A stretch of DNA of 64,000 nt from Fibrobacteria bacterium (GTDB taxonomy: Bacteria; Fibrobacterota; Fibrobacteria; UBA11236; JADFYW01), in the NCBI GenBank assembly GCA_015232855.1, contig JADFYW010000001.1:56830-120829 (forward strand), read 5' to 3'. Within the stretch, counting starts at the first letter, position 1. Every line of letters starts with the position of its first letter. The position numbers and the translations under genes were made by a program. Shown here piece after piece: positions 45,939 through 55,775 of this stretch. Under the pieces are notes generated by a model. It ran no database searches, was not told where the DNA came from, and saw only the letters and a list, made by a program, of their open reading frames with translations.

Positions 45939-46262
45939 TTAATCCAGCTCAGAAAGATCTGTTATCAGATTCAGAACATTATCCAAACCAGTTTCATTCA
46001 TAATTTTTTTACCGACCTCATTAGGCGAAAAAAGACAAAAATCGCCATTATGCTCGGCAAGAAGTTTATGTGCAAAAACAAACACCCCAACAGCCAGACT
46101 TCCCATATAAGAGAGATCGCTTACATCAAAAGCAATTTTTGGACAATCAAGTTCTGAAAGCTCTTCAATCTTATTTTTTAGTGCCAGATTGACTTCAAAA
46201 TTAATAACCGGAGGTAGCTGAAGTAGATACCACGAATTGATAGCCCTGATTGGGAATTCCAT
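45939..46262 (-). CDS. STAS-domain protein (anti-sigma-factor antagonist-like), directly upstream of purL
   Basis: 107 aa. ...KIAFDVSDLSYMGSLAVGVFVFAHKLLAEHNGDFCLFSPNEVGKKIMNETGLDNVL... Confidence 0.75.
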   Translation of the reverse strand: MEFPIRAINSWYLLQLPPVINFEVNLALKNKIEELSELDCPKIAFDVSDLSYMGSLAVGVFVFAHKLLAEHNGDFCLFSPNEVGKKIMNETGLDNVLNLITDLSELD

Positions 46263-46470
46263 TTATTCCCTCCGGTCAAAAATTAGATGTTTATAATTAT
46301 TAATAAAAACCAAAAAAATTGGAATACTGTCCAAACTTTTATTCTTTTTATTAAGAACCCCCGTCCTCTCCCAAAAAGTAGATAATATCAAGCACTAAGT
46401 GGACAAAAAAATCAAGTCAAGATTAGATAATTGGATTTTTATCACAATTTTTTGTAATATTGCAAAAAAA

Positions 46471-46544
46471 GCCCGTGTAGCTCATCAGGATAGAGCGAAG
46501 GTTTCCTAAACCTTAGGTAGCAGGTTCGAGTCCTGCCACGGGTA
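46471..46544 (+). tRNA. tRNA-Arg (anticodon CCT)
   Basis: Cloverleaf folded by hand. Acceptor GCCCGTG/CACGGGT (G1-U72 wobble); D stem GCTC/GAGC; anticodon stem AAGGT/ACCTT with loop TTCCTAA; T stem GCAGG/CCTGC with loop TTCGAGT; discriminator A. No encoded CCA. Confidence 0.9.
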
Positions 46545-46700
46545 GATTTAGCATTTTTCACCCCAAAACCTACTCAAATTATTTCTTTGGTATTCCAGAT
46601 GACCAAATATATTTTAGTGTTATTCCACTGATTTTTTTCTTGACTTCACCTCTGTAATACTGTACGTTTGTGCAGTATACTCTTTAATGGGGGAACGAAA

Positions 46701-46907
46701 ATGCTGAACAACAAATACCCAAATTCAGAAGCCTCTTTTTCCGAAGATTTTATTACAAAAATTTACCAGTTCATACTTGACTGGGATAATGAAATCCCGG
46801 GAGACCCCTATATAATAGCCTCTATTTTATTTGCTATTCCAATAGAACATTTTAAATCATGGACCCGGGGTCTTGACTGGCTCACCGATGTTATACTGGA
46901 AAAGTAG
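46701..46907 (+). CDS. small hypothetical protein (68 aa)
   Basis: The ATG at 46701 is preceded by GGGGGAA and by TTGACT-N17-like/TATACT promoter hexamers. MLNNKYPNSEASFSEDFITKIYQFILDWDNE...; no motif recognised. Confidence 0.35.
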   Translation: MLNNKYPNSEASFSEDFITKIYQFILDWDNEIPGDPYIIASILFAIPIEHFKSWTRGLDWLTDVILEK

Positions 46908-47079
46908 GGTTCAGGTAAATCACCATACAAGTTGGCAAACTTTTCCCTGTAAGGTATAGAGTATTACAAAAATCTTATCTTCTTATTGAAAATATCTATT
47001 TTCTTGTAATGCACGTTTACTTTGATAGCACGAAGTGCCCAAAACATGTTGAATTTTAGTCTAAATTAAGGAGTACATT

Positions 47080-47703
47080 TTGATTATCAAGACTTTGAGT
47101 GTGGGTCCCATCCAAGCCAACTGTTATATCATTGCTTGCGAACAAACCAAAAAAGCAGCCATTATTGACCCCGGTGACGAAGCTGAGAGAATAATGGACA
47201 TGGTGACCAGCGAACAACTCAGTATAGAACTTATCTTAAATACCCATGGCCACTTTGATCATGCAGGGGCTAACGCTGCTATAAAAAAAACAACGAACGC
47301 CACTCTGATTATTCATTCACTCGACGCTGAAATGCTAGGCCAACTGTCAACGGATGCAGGTATGTTCGGGCTTTCTTCTGATAATTCACCCCCACCAGAT
47401 AAACTTGTAGAGGATGGTGATAAATTAACTCTGGGGAACCTCTCAATAGATATTCTACACACCCCAGGCCACACGCCAGGAGGAATTTCATTCTTAGTCG
47501 AAGAAGCAGTCTTTACCGGAGATACTTTATTTGCCGGTTCCATCGGCCGTACAGACCTGCCTGGTGGAGATTTTCAAGCTCTGGAACAGTCAATTCGTAC
47601 CAAACTCTATACCCTTGAAGATAAAATTCAGGTCTACCCGGGACATATGGGACCAACCACCATTAGTGATGAAAAACGATTTAATGGCTTTGTACGTCCC
47701 TGA
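47080..47703 (+). CDS. MBL-fold metallo-hydrolase (glyoxalase II-like)
   Basis: 207 aa. TTG start with an AAGGAG Shine-Dalgarno. ...LNTHGHFDHAG..., ...LHTPGHTPG..., ...GDTLFAGSIGRTD... Confidence 0.88.
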   Translation: MIIKTLSVGPIQANCYIIACEQTKKAAIIDPGDEAERIMDMVTSEQLSIELILNTHGHFDHAGANAAIKKTTNATLIIHSLDAEMLGQLSTDAGMFGLSSDNSPPPDKLVEDGDKLTLGNLSIDILHTPGHTPGGISFLVEEAVFTGDTLFAGSIGRTDLPGGDFQALEQSIRTKLYTLEDKIQVYPGHMGPTTISDEKRFNGFVRP

Positions 47704-47744
47704 TTTTATTCCTGGAATTATTTCTCATATTAATCTGACGCTGT

Positions 47745-48533
47745 ATGAGCAATAAAAGTACTATTCACAATTCCCAAAAAATTATGGACGTTAAAGACCT
47801 TATCGTTAATTACGGCGAAGGGAAAAATACATTTACAGCAGTTAAGGGGATTTCATTTCATATCCCTAAAAACAAAACCCTCGGCCTGGTTGGCGAATCA
47901 GGTTGTGGCAAAACAAGTACGGGCATGGCCATACTTCGTCTTATTCCAGCTGCTGGCGGTTCCATTTTATGGCAAGGAACGGACATCCTTTCTCTGTCAA
48001 AAGAACAGTTCTTTCCTTATCGAAAACATATCCAGATTATTTTCCAAAATCCTGATTCGTCACTTAATCCCCGCATCATGATTAAAAGCAGTTTGAAAGA
48101 AGCAATGGAGCTTGGATATCCGGATAACAAACAGGACTGGAATGATATTATTGCCGATAAACTTCTTCTGGTAGGATTGAATACCGATTACCAAAATCGT
48201 TATCCCCACGAATTATCAGGTGGACAACTTCAACGTGTCGGTATTGCCCGGGCCCTCTGTGTCAATCCTCAGTTGATTATATGTGATGAACCGGTTTCTT
48301 CACTGGATGTTTCCATTCAGGCACAGATTTTGAACCTGCTTATAGACCTGCAAGACACTCTCGGATTGAGCTATCTGTTTATATCCCATGATTTAAGTGT
48401 TGTTCGCCATATATCTCATGACGTTGCCGTTATGCGAAATGGTCACATACGTGAGTTTGGTCCGGTACAAAGTGTTTTCAGTGATCCCCAGAGTACTTAT
48501 ACCAAAAAGCTACTGGAAGCGGTCCCTCGTTAA
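47745..48533 (+). CDS. ABC transporter ATP-binding protein, oligopeptide/dipeptide (OppF/DppF) type, without adjacent permease or binding protein
   Basis: 262 aa. Walker A GESGCGKTS; signature LSGGQLQRVGIARAL; Walker B LIICDEP; C-terminal ...PQSTYTKKLLEAVP. Confidence 0.88.
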   Translation: MSNKSTIHNSQKIMDVKDLIVNYGEGKNTFTAVKGISFHIPKNKTLGLVGESGCGKTSTGMAILRLIPAAGGSILWQGTDILSLSKEQFFPYRKHIQIIFQNPDSSLNPRIMIKSSLKEAMELGYPDNKQDWNDIIADKLLLVGLNTDYQNRYPHELSGGQLQRVGIARALCVNPQLIICDEPVSSLDVSIQAQILNLLIDLQDTLGLSYLFISHDLSVVRHISHDVAVMRNGHIREFGPVQSVFSDPQSTYTKKLLEAVPR

Positions 48534-48561
48534 TGTGGGATGTATTTTGAACAAGAAATGA

Positions 48562-50430
48562 TTACGCTTGATCACGCCATTTGCCGTGCTCTTTAATGAG
48601 CGCGACAAGGGCCTGGGGAGCATCTGATTCCGGAATATTTTTACGTACGCATTCTTTGCCAACATACAGGTTAATCTTCCCCGCAGAACCTCCTACATAA
48701 CCAAAGTCCGCATCAGCCATTTCACCTGGACCGTTTACAATACACCCCATTACCGCCAGAGAAACATTACCCAGATGGGACGTAACGTCTCTTACCCTGG
48801 CTAATGTTGCTTCCAGATTAAACAAAGTTCGTCCACATCCTGGACAAGATATATATTCTGTTTTAGTGCGCCTCGCACCTGCGGCCTGTAATATACCGTA
48901 GCCAAGTTCAAGGGCTTCCGAAGCGGCCAATGTTCCCGAAATCTGTAACATATCTCCAATCCCATCAGCCAGAACGGCTCCCATACTGGCTGCAAGATAT
49001 AAATCTGAACCCGGAGTATTTGTGGCTACTCCCCTTAAAACAATGGGATCTTTCCGGGAATGGTGATGAAGCCAGGCCGTAAGACTGCGCAGAGCAGAAA
49101 TGATGTTTTTCTGAGGTGCCACCGACCATAACAAACCCTTTGCCGGCAATACTGAAATATCCACTTTTGATAAGAATGAAATATCTTCCAGCACTATTTC
49201 AACCGTTCCCACAAGACCTTCCGGCCAGTGTTGAGGCGGAAAGTATGAACTTTTTACTATAGAATAATCATGATAGTGGGTAACACCCTCCCCCTGAATA
49301 ATATATCCGGATACCACAGAAGGAAGCGATTTTTGGGGTTTGTTTGAACTATACCATTCCAGCTTTCGTTCTCCCTCTGCAGAAAATAGAGGCCCCGGGT
49401 CATCTAAGCCCACCGCTATAGTTTCGCGCCCCCCCACCAAAAGATTACCGATAGTCTCGGTTCGGCATTCACGCCGTCGATAATGATAATAATCTATATG
49501 TTCGTTTTTATGATTGACCGCATCTTCAGCACTTTTTTCAGGAACCAGGGAACATTTATCCACCAAAAGACGTGCAACCGGAATTTCTTTTACCGGATGT
49601 TCAGTAAGAGACACCCGAATAGTATCACCAATTCCATCAAGAAGCAATGCCCCTATACCCACTGCCGATTTCAATCTGCCATCAGCTCCATCACCAGCCT
49701 CAGTCACTCCTAAGTGAAAGGGATAAGGTTTAAAACCCCTTTCCAGCCGGGCAACAAGTAGCCTGTAGGCTTGCACAGCCACCCTGGGGTTTGAAGATTT
49801 CATACTAATGACTACCTGATCATAATCCAGCTCTTCACAAATAGCCAGGTATTCCAGAGCGGATTCAACCATACCCTCTACGGTATCTCCGTACCGATAA
49901 ATCATCCTCTCAGACAATGAGCCGTGATTGATACCGATGCGAATACTTTTTTGACGAACCATTGCCTCCTGGACAAAAGACGTGAATACTTCTCTAACCC
50001 GCGCAGCACCGATTTCAAAATCACCATCACTGAATGTGGTACCGAGTGGGGATTTTCTTTCAGCGAAATTACCGGGATTAATACGCACCTTATCCACCCA
50101 TTTAAGCGCTTCAAAAGCCGCTTCCGGTTTGAAATGAATATCTGCAGACACCGGAATCATACATGCCTTTTCCCGTATACAACCCATTATGTCTTCCAGC
50201 CTGCGTGCGTCTTTAAGAGATGGAACGGTTATACGGGCCAGTTCACATCCCGCCTGAGCCAATTCCAACACCTGATTTACCGTTGCCTGGATATCCGCAG
50301 TCGATGTATTTACCATAGACTGTATAAGTATGGGAGCGTCCCCGCCAATAAATTTATTGCCGACCTTAACGCATACTGTTTTTCGTCTCTTGGGAAAATA
50401 GCGATTTTTGATATAAGAAAGTTGTTTCAT
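48562..50430 (-). CDS. ispG: 4-hydroxy-3-methylbut-2-en-1-yl diphosphate synthase, long form with inserted domain
   Basis: 622 aa. ...VGGDAPILIQSM..., ...RINPGN..., ...GVTEAG..., C-terminal Fe-S motifs ...YISCPGCGRT... and ...MGCIVNGPGE... Confidence 0.92.
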   Translation of the reverse strand: MKQLSYIKNRYFPKRRKTVCVKVGNKFIGGDAPILIQSMVNTSTADIQATVNQVLELAQAGCELARITVPSLKDARRLEDIMGCIREKACMIPVSADIHFKPEAAFEALKWVDKVRINPGNFAERKSPLGTTFSDGDFEIGAARVREVFTSFVQEAMVRQKSIRIGINHGSLSERMIYRYGDTVEGMVESALEYLAICEELDYDQVVISMKSSNPRVAVQAYRLLVARLERGFKPYPFHLGVTEAGDGADGRLKSAVGIGALLLDGIGDTIRVSLTEHPVKEIPVARLLVDKCSLVPEKSAEDAVNHKNEHIDYYHYRRRECRTETIGNLLVGGRETIAVGLDDPGPLFSAEGERKLEWYSSNKPQKSLPSVVSGYIIQGEGVTHYHDYSIVKSSYFPPQHWPEGLVGTVEIVLEDISFLSKVDISVLPAKGLLWSVAPQKNIISALRSLTAWLHHHSRKDPIVLRGVATNTPGSDLYLAASMGAVLADGIGDMLQISGTLAASEALELGYGILQAAGARRTKTEYISCPGCGRTLFNLEATLARVRDVTSHLGNVSLAVMGCIVNGPGEMADADFGYVGGSAGKINLYVGKECVRKNIPESDAPQALVALIKEHGKWRDQA

Positions 50431-50443
50431 AGTTTATAGGTTT

Positions 50444-51190
50444 TTAGCGTACACTCCCTACGGGATGCATGGTATCTTCAACAGGCAAAGTATAATTGGT
50501 TTTACCCAATTGCTTGTATTTTTTATGCAAAAGATTATAAATATCTTTTAGACCAATACCCGGGGGCATAAACAATAGGATTTGTAGTACCTGTACCTGG
50601 GAGTTTTTAAGACGGGGAACATCCAGTAAACTGCCAGTGACCATTGACTCTGAATCCAGATAGCCCCTCAGTCCACTATTAAGCTTAAAACTTACACGCT
50701 GATCCACAGGCCTTTTTATCCCGGTATAGCCAAGGCAAATATCATAGCCTTCAAAAGTATAGGGTCGACGTCGGTGTTTAATATCGTAAGCTGAATAAAA
50801 AAGAAGGGGGTAACCCTCATCCAGAAATATTTGGGCATCCATAACACTCACATTTTCTAACGTAATAGAATGTATCTTTTGCCCCGGATACCGGTATTCC
50901 CAGTATTTACGGGCATTACTTAGTATCAATTTGCGTAGTTTTCGCACCTCGGTAAACTTAAGTTTGAGGCCTGCCACCACTTTCCAGCTCAGTTTTATTT
51001 CTTCAATATTCCGATAGGGAAATTCAATAATGTGGCTATGAGACAGGATAGAATCAGGGTATACTTTCCGGTTTTCAAGCCGTTTTAACTCTGGATTTTT
51101 CCGGATTTGGCGGGGAGTAGGGCCAACACCCTTAGGGATACAGGCCAAAAAAATTGACATCAGTAAAAAAAAGGCTAAAAATTTTATCAT
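50444..51190 (-). CDS. hypothetical lipoprotein, 13 nt upstream of ispG
   Basis: 248 aa. MIKFLAFFLLMSIFLAC lipobox. No recognisable catalytic motif. Confidence 0.65.
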   Translation of the reverse strand: MIKFLAFFLLMSIFLACIPKGVGPTPRQIRKNPELKRLENRKVYPDSILSHSHIIEFPYRNIEEIKLSWKVVAGLKLKFTEVRKLRKLILSNARKYWEYRYPGQKIHSITLENVSVMDAQIFLDEGYPLLFYSAYDIKHRRRPYTFEGYDICLGYTGIKRPVDQRVSFKLNSGLRGYLDSESMVTGSLLDVPRLKNSQVQVLQILLFMPPGIGLKDIYNLLHKKYKQLGKTNYTLPVEDTMHPVGSVR

Positions 51191-51362
51191 TTGGCTGCTA
51201 ATATTCCCTGAACCAGCCTGTTTCTGTAACCGGATTGAAATATATAATTTTTAGGTAACCCAGACAGCCCAATATCTGAATAGCTGGTATTTCCAGCTGA
51301 TTTTCTCCGGTATTCATCTGTGTCAACATTGCATATTGGAAATACAATTGTACTTTAGGGGA

Positions 51363-52304
51363 ATGGAAAAAACATACAGAAAACTTGGCTATATAACCTG
51401 TTTTGTTGTCCTCATTGTCACCTCTGTTGTAAGCCTTAAAATGGCTAGTGATCTATTAAAAGGTCCACATTTGGTAAAAGTGCAATTTGCTAATGTGGGA
51501 ACTCTTATTCCACAGGAACCGGTCTCCATGGATGGAGTAAATGTGGGTGAAGTAGCTGATATCCAATATGCTCCCGAAGCCGCCATTGTCACCCTTGAGT
51601 TTTATAAAAGACTTTCCATCCCTAAAGACTCTCGCATACTTAATTTTAACCATAGTCTGATGGGGGCCCGCATGATTTTTATTGAGCGGGGATCCTCTCC
51701 CGAACCCATGGATTTCAACACATTACAACAGGGCTCTTTTGATAATGGCATTGCAGAAATGCTTCATCAGGCCGAAGCATTATTAACAATGGTTCTTAAA
51801 TACCGGGAAGTTGCTGAATTATTTGCACTTGGCAAAGACAGCGTTGTATCGTTTCCCCATTTTTTTAATAAAACACTCAGGCCCTTTTTTAAAGATTTAA
51901 ATCAAACCTTAACAGACATTAATGATGTGGAAAAAGACCTGAAGGAGAAAGCTAACCTGGCCTTAAAGTTTTCAAAAGAAATAACAACTTTGATAAACTC
52001 CAATAAAAATACAATCCCCGACATGACCCGTAAAACGCAAAAGGTTCTGCTCACTACCGCAAAAATATTAGAACAGACTGACTCTTTGATGATAAAAGTT
52101 AAAGAAAATGTAAAATTGATTACCGAGGACGATAACCTTGCTCATAAACTCATTTACCAGAAAGAAGCTTTTAAAACACTCGAAGCCCTGAATAATTCTC
52201 TTAACAGTCTCGTCTTGCTTTTGCGTGCAGAGGGGTTATCTGGATTAATAAACTTTTGGACTAATGTGAATATTATAGGCACTAACCCCACTCAAAAGAA
52301 ATAG
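51363..52304 (+). CDS. MlaD/MCE-domain protein with long helical C-terminal region
   Basis: ATG at 51363 (alternative TTG at 51336). TM helix YITCFVVLIVTSVVSL. ...VKVQFANVGTLIPQEPVSMDGVNVGEVADIQYAPEAAIVTLEF... is the MCE fold pattern. Confidence 0.75.
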   Translation: MEKTYRKLGYITCFVVLIVTSVVSLKMASDLLKGPHLVKVQFANVGTLIPQEPVSMDGVNVGEVADIQYAPEAAIVTLEFYKRLSIPKDSRILNFNHSLMGARMIFIERGSSPEPMDFNTLQQGSFDNGIAEMLHQAEALLTMVLKYREVAELFALGKDSVVSFPHFFNKTLRPFFKDLNQTLTDINDVEKDLKEKANLALKFSKEITTLINSNKNTIPDMTRKTQKVLLTTAKILEQTDSLMIKVKENVKLITEDDNLAHKLIYQKEAFKTLEALNNSLNSLVLLLRAEGLSGLINFWTNVNIIGTNPTQKK

Positions 52305-52348
52305 CTCTTTGGGTTAAACAACCTGAAAACCTGGCTACAAAGTTACTG

Positions 52349-53548
52349 ATGAAGTCTGTTCTCACCATCCTTGATTGTAATAATTTTTGGTCTCCCTCGG
52401 GTGGAGGAGTAAGACGTTATCATCTCCAAAAACTGGAATATTTCAAGCAGAGTCCACATCAATATATATTCATGATGCAGGATAAAAACTCTCAGACAGA
52501 AAAACTGAACGAAACTACAGTCATCGAACATGTTAATGCGTTTAAATTTCCTGGAAACTGGGAGTATCGTTTTCTTACTGCATCGGGCCCTATTGCGAAG
52601 CTCATCAAGAAATATAATCCAGATGTAATTGAAGTTGGATCGCCCTACCTTATGCCCCTTCTGGTAAGAAGGGCCATAAAAAAAACGGGAAGCCACGCAC
52701 AAATGCTTTCTTTTTGGCATGCTGATTTCCCGGTTACTTATGTTGGACGTTTTTTTTCAAAAGCAGGAAGACAGGCAGGAGAGATAATGACTAAACTCGC
52801 CTGGTGGTATGCACGCATGAGTTTTAAAAAATTTTCCGGATATATGGTGTCATCCCGATACATCGCAAATCGAATGATGAACAATGACATAAAACCAGTC
52901 TTTCATGTACCATTAGGAGTCGATACCCATCTCTTTAACCAGGACAAAAAAGATCCTGAACTTATAAAAGAACTAAAAGCGGGTAAGCAGGAACGGTTGA
53001 CCATCTTTTTCCCACACCGGTTTATGGAAGAAAAAGGAATACGCACACTGTGTGAGGCTTATCCCGAAATATGCAAAAGACTTCCGGTTGAACCCACCCT
53101 GGTATTCGCAGGCACAGGCCCCGATCTTGCTCTGGTAAAAGAAATGGCAGCCAGGCACAAACAAGTACGTTATCTCGGATTTATTTCCAGCCGGGAAGAA
53201 ATGGCAAGATGGTACGCAAGCTGTGAAATTGGCCTCGCACTAAGCGGACACGAAACATTTGGACTCTCCATCCTGGAGTCAATGGCTTCAGGTCAGGTTT
53301 TGGTGGGAGCAGACACGGGGGCGGCCCTGGAACACGTCCGGGACTCGGGAGCAGGTATCACTATCGGTATTGGTGACTCCAGGACATTAGCCGACGCTAT
53401 ATGTGAACTTGCAAAAAAAGAAAAAAAGACCATGGCTGATAAGGCCATTGCCTATGCCTCTCAATTCACTTGGGAACACTGCTTTAAAAAAGAAATCGAA
53501 ACTTATCAGTTAGTAATGAAAAAAGATGCCGGAGTCCCCCATGCCTGA
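52349..53548 (+). CDS. glycosyltransferase family 4 (GT-B)
   Basis: 399 aa. N-terminal ...FWSPSGGGVRRY...; C-terminal ...ETFGLSILESMASGQVLVGADTGAALEHV... Confidence 0.85.
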   Translation: MKSVLTILDCNNFWSPSGGGVRRYHLQKLEYFKQSPHQYIFMMQDKNSQTEKLNETTVIEHVNAFKFPGNWEYRFLTASGPIAKLIKKYNPDVIEVGSPYLMPLLVRRAIKKTGSHAQMLSFWHADFPVTYVGRFFSKAGRQAGEIMTKLAWWYARMSFKKFSGYMVSSRYIANRMMNNDIKPVFHVPLGVDTHLFNQDKKDPELIKELKAGKQERLTIFFPHRFMEEKGIRTLCEAYPEICKRLPVEPTLVFAGTGPDLALVKEMAARHKQVRYLGFISSREEMARWYASCEIGLALSGHETFGLSILESMASGQVLVGADTGAALEHVRDSGAGITIGIGDSRTLADAICELAKKEKKTMADKAIAYASQFTWEHCFKKEIETYQLVMKKDAGVPHA

Positions 53549-54479
53549 ACTCATCCCCAACAGGCTGGTATTTATTTGGATAGGAGAAACGCTTCCCTGG
53601 TCATGTCAGTTGGCAATCAAGTCAGCAATTGCCCACTGCACTCCGCAACAGGTCATCCTCCTCCATAAGGGCCTCACCAACAATCTGAAAGAATTAACAA
53701 AAGCAATGGGGAGTGATTGTCCTGAAATTATTGAATTTACGCTCCAACATTTTAGAGACTTACCCCTGAGCAAAAAGCTCTCAGATGAACTTTACCACAA
53801 TCTCACCAAGCCTGCTGCCCTGGCCAATGTCCTTAGATTGGCAACCCTGTATAAAGAGGGGGGCATATACATGGATGGAGATACCATTACCATTGCTGAT
53901 TTAAAGCCACTCAGACAATATCGGGGATTTTGCGGACTTGAACCACTGGCACTACCCTCCCAATTGTTTCAGAGTATAAATCCCTTTAAATGGAGTGCCG
54001 CTGGCATCCGACTCGCCTTAAGAGAACTCTGTGCACGCTGGCCGGGTGGACACCAATTATTCCGGAATATTGAACCCTGGTACTTTTCCTGTGTAAATAA
54101 TGCGGTAATCGGTTATGCTCCCGGTAACCCACTCATTGCAAATGCCTGCCAATTAATTGAACAAATGCCACCACTTGAACGCCTTAAGCGCTTTCGGTTA
54201 GGTACTCACCTTTTGCAACAGGTCACGGGTAATCAGAGTACACCGGATATGGAAGTATTACCACCAGATTTTTTCTATCCACTGGGCCCGGAAATTTCTG
54301 CTCAGTGGTTCCGCCCGCAATCACCGGCAAGAGAAAAAATCATGTTATCAGAAAATACAAAAGTGGTACATTGGTATAATTCCGTAGAGGCAAGATTCCT
54401 CAAGCGGGAGTTTAATTTAGAATTTATTCAAGAGAATCAACACTTGCCAATATGCCGGTTGGCAAAGCCCTACGTTTAA
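53541..54479 (+). CDS. glycosyltransferase with DXD sugar-binding motif (Gly_transf_sug / OCH1-like)
   Basis: ...NRLVFIWIGETLP..., ...LRLATLYKEGGIYMDGDTI... The start is either ATG 53541 (GGAG upstream) or ATG 53526. Confidence 0.8.
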   Translation: MPELIPNRLVFIWIGETLPWSCQLAIKSAIAHCTPQQVILLHKGLTNNLKELTKAMGSDCPEIIEFTLQHFRDLPLSKKLSDELYHNLTKPAALANVLRLATLYKEGGIYMDGDTITIADLKPLRQYRGFCGLEPLALPSQLFQSINPFKWSAAGIRLALRELCARWPGGHQLFRNIEPWYFSCVNNAVIGYAPGNPLIANACQLIEQMPPLERLKRFRLGTHLLQQVTGNQSTPDMEVLPPDFFYPLGPEISAQWFRPQSPAREKIMLSENTKVVHWYNSVEARFLKREFNLEFIQENQHLPICRLAKPYV

Positions 54480-55711
54480 CCACCATAGAACAGATAACCA
54501 ATAAAAATTGCGGCGATAATCCCTGCAGCGTCTGCTATCAAACCACAGGTAACCGCGTAACGGGTTTTACGAATAGCCACTGATCCGAAGTACACGGCTA
54601 TAACATAAAATGTTGTATCGGTAGACCCCTGAAAGGTACAGGCCAGCTTACCTACAAAAGAATCTGCACCATAGGTCTGCATTGCGTCTACCATCATACC
54701 CCGTGCTCCACTTCCACTGAGGGGTTTCATTAAAGCCGTCGGTAAGGCTTCCACAAAAGAGGTATCAATACTTAATGATGTAAGGACAAATTTTATACCC
54801 TCAATAAGTGCGTCCATTGCCCCGGATACTCTGAATACACCTATGGCTACAAGAATTGCTACTAAATATGGGATAATGCGAATAGCGGTTGTAAAGCCCT
54901 CTTTAGCACCTTCTATAAAACTTTCATATACATTTATTTTTTTAATAAGCGCTAAAATGATGAAGCCAGCTATGATACTAAACAATAACAAATTACTAAC
55001 CACACTTGATACGGTGGCTATCTGGCCCTGATTTAGACGGCTAAAACCAAAAATAGTGAGCCCAACAATAAGGCTAAGACTGCCCAAATAGGCCAGAATC
55101 ACTTTATTCAACAAGTTTATTTTTTGAAAGAAAGCAACAGAAACAAGCCCGGCAAGAGTTGAAAAAAAAGTTGCAAGCAGAATAGGGATAAATATATCAG
55201 TGGGATTAAGCGCTTCATATTTAACCCGGTAAACCATCACAGAAATGGGTATAAGGGTAAGGCCTGAAGTATTTAAAACCAAAAACATTATTTGGGCATT
55301 AGATGCGGTATCTTTTTTGGGATTAAGCTCTTGTAATTGTCCGATAGCCTTTAGTCCCATAGGCGTTGCCGCATTATCAAGACCAAGCATATTTGCAGCA
55401 AAGTTCATCATCATAGAACCACTGGCCGGATGGTCTTTAGGCACCTCTGGGAAAAGTTTTTGAAAAAACGGTCTCACAAACCAGGAAAGAATTTTTATGG
55501 CGCCTCCCTTCTCGCCTATTTTCATGATCCCTAACCAAAGCGTAAGTACCCCTGTGAGGCCAAGAGATATTTCAAAGCCCACTTTTGACATGGTAAAGGT
55601 TTGTGCTATCATGTCTGAGAACACCTGGGTATCACCTAAGAACACAAGTTTGATAAGCCCCACCACAAAAGCAATAAGGAAAAATGATACCCAGATGTAA
55701 TTTAATACCAT
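54476..55711 (-). CDS. nucleoside-recognition (Gate) domain membrane protein, fused SpmA/SpmB-like
   Basis: 411 aa, polytopic. MVLNYIWVSFFLIAFVVGLIKLVF... resembles SpmA N-termini. Confidence 0.75.
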   Translation of the reverse strand: MVLNYIWVSFFLIAFVVGLIKLVFLGDTQVFSDMIAQTFTMSKVGFEISLGLTGVLTLWLGIMKIGEKGGAIKILSWFVRPFFQKLFPEVPKDHPASGSMMMNFAANMLGLDNAATPMGLKAIGQLQELNPKKDTASNAQIMFLVLNTSGLTLIPISVMVYRVKYEALNPTDIFIPILLATFFSTLAGLVSVAFFQKINLLNKVILAYLGSLSLIVGLTIFGFSRLNQGQIATVSSVVSNLLLFSIIAGFIILALIKKINVYESFIEGAKEGFTTAIRIIPYLVAILVAIGVFRVSGAMDALIEGIKFVLTSLSIDTSFVEALPTALMKPLSGSGARGMMVDAMQTYGADSFVGKLACTFQGSTDTTFYVIAVYFGSVAIRKTRYAVTCGLIADAAGIIAAIFIGYLFYGG

Positions 55712-55775
55712 AGTATATAAACTCTAAAAATGCCTGGCAGGATGCAAAGATTTAACCGGATTCCCGGATAAAAAA

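Noticed and set aside
46545-47079. A tRNA-adjacent region as a possible integration hotspot or genomic islet.
   Set aside because: There is no integrase, no direct repeat of the tRNA 3' end that I could find, and only one small doubtful ORF.
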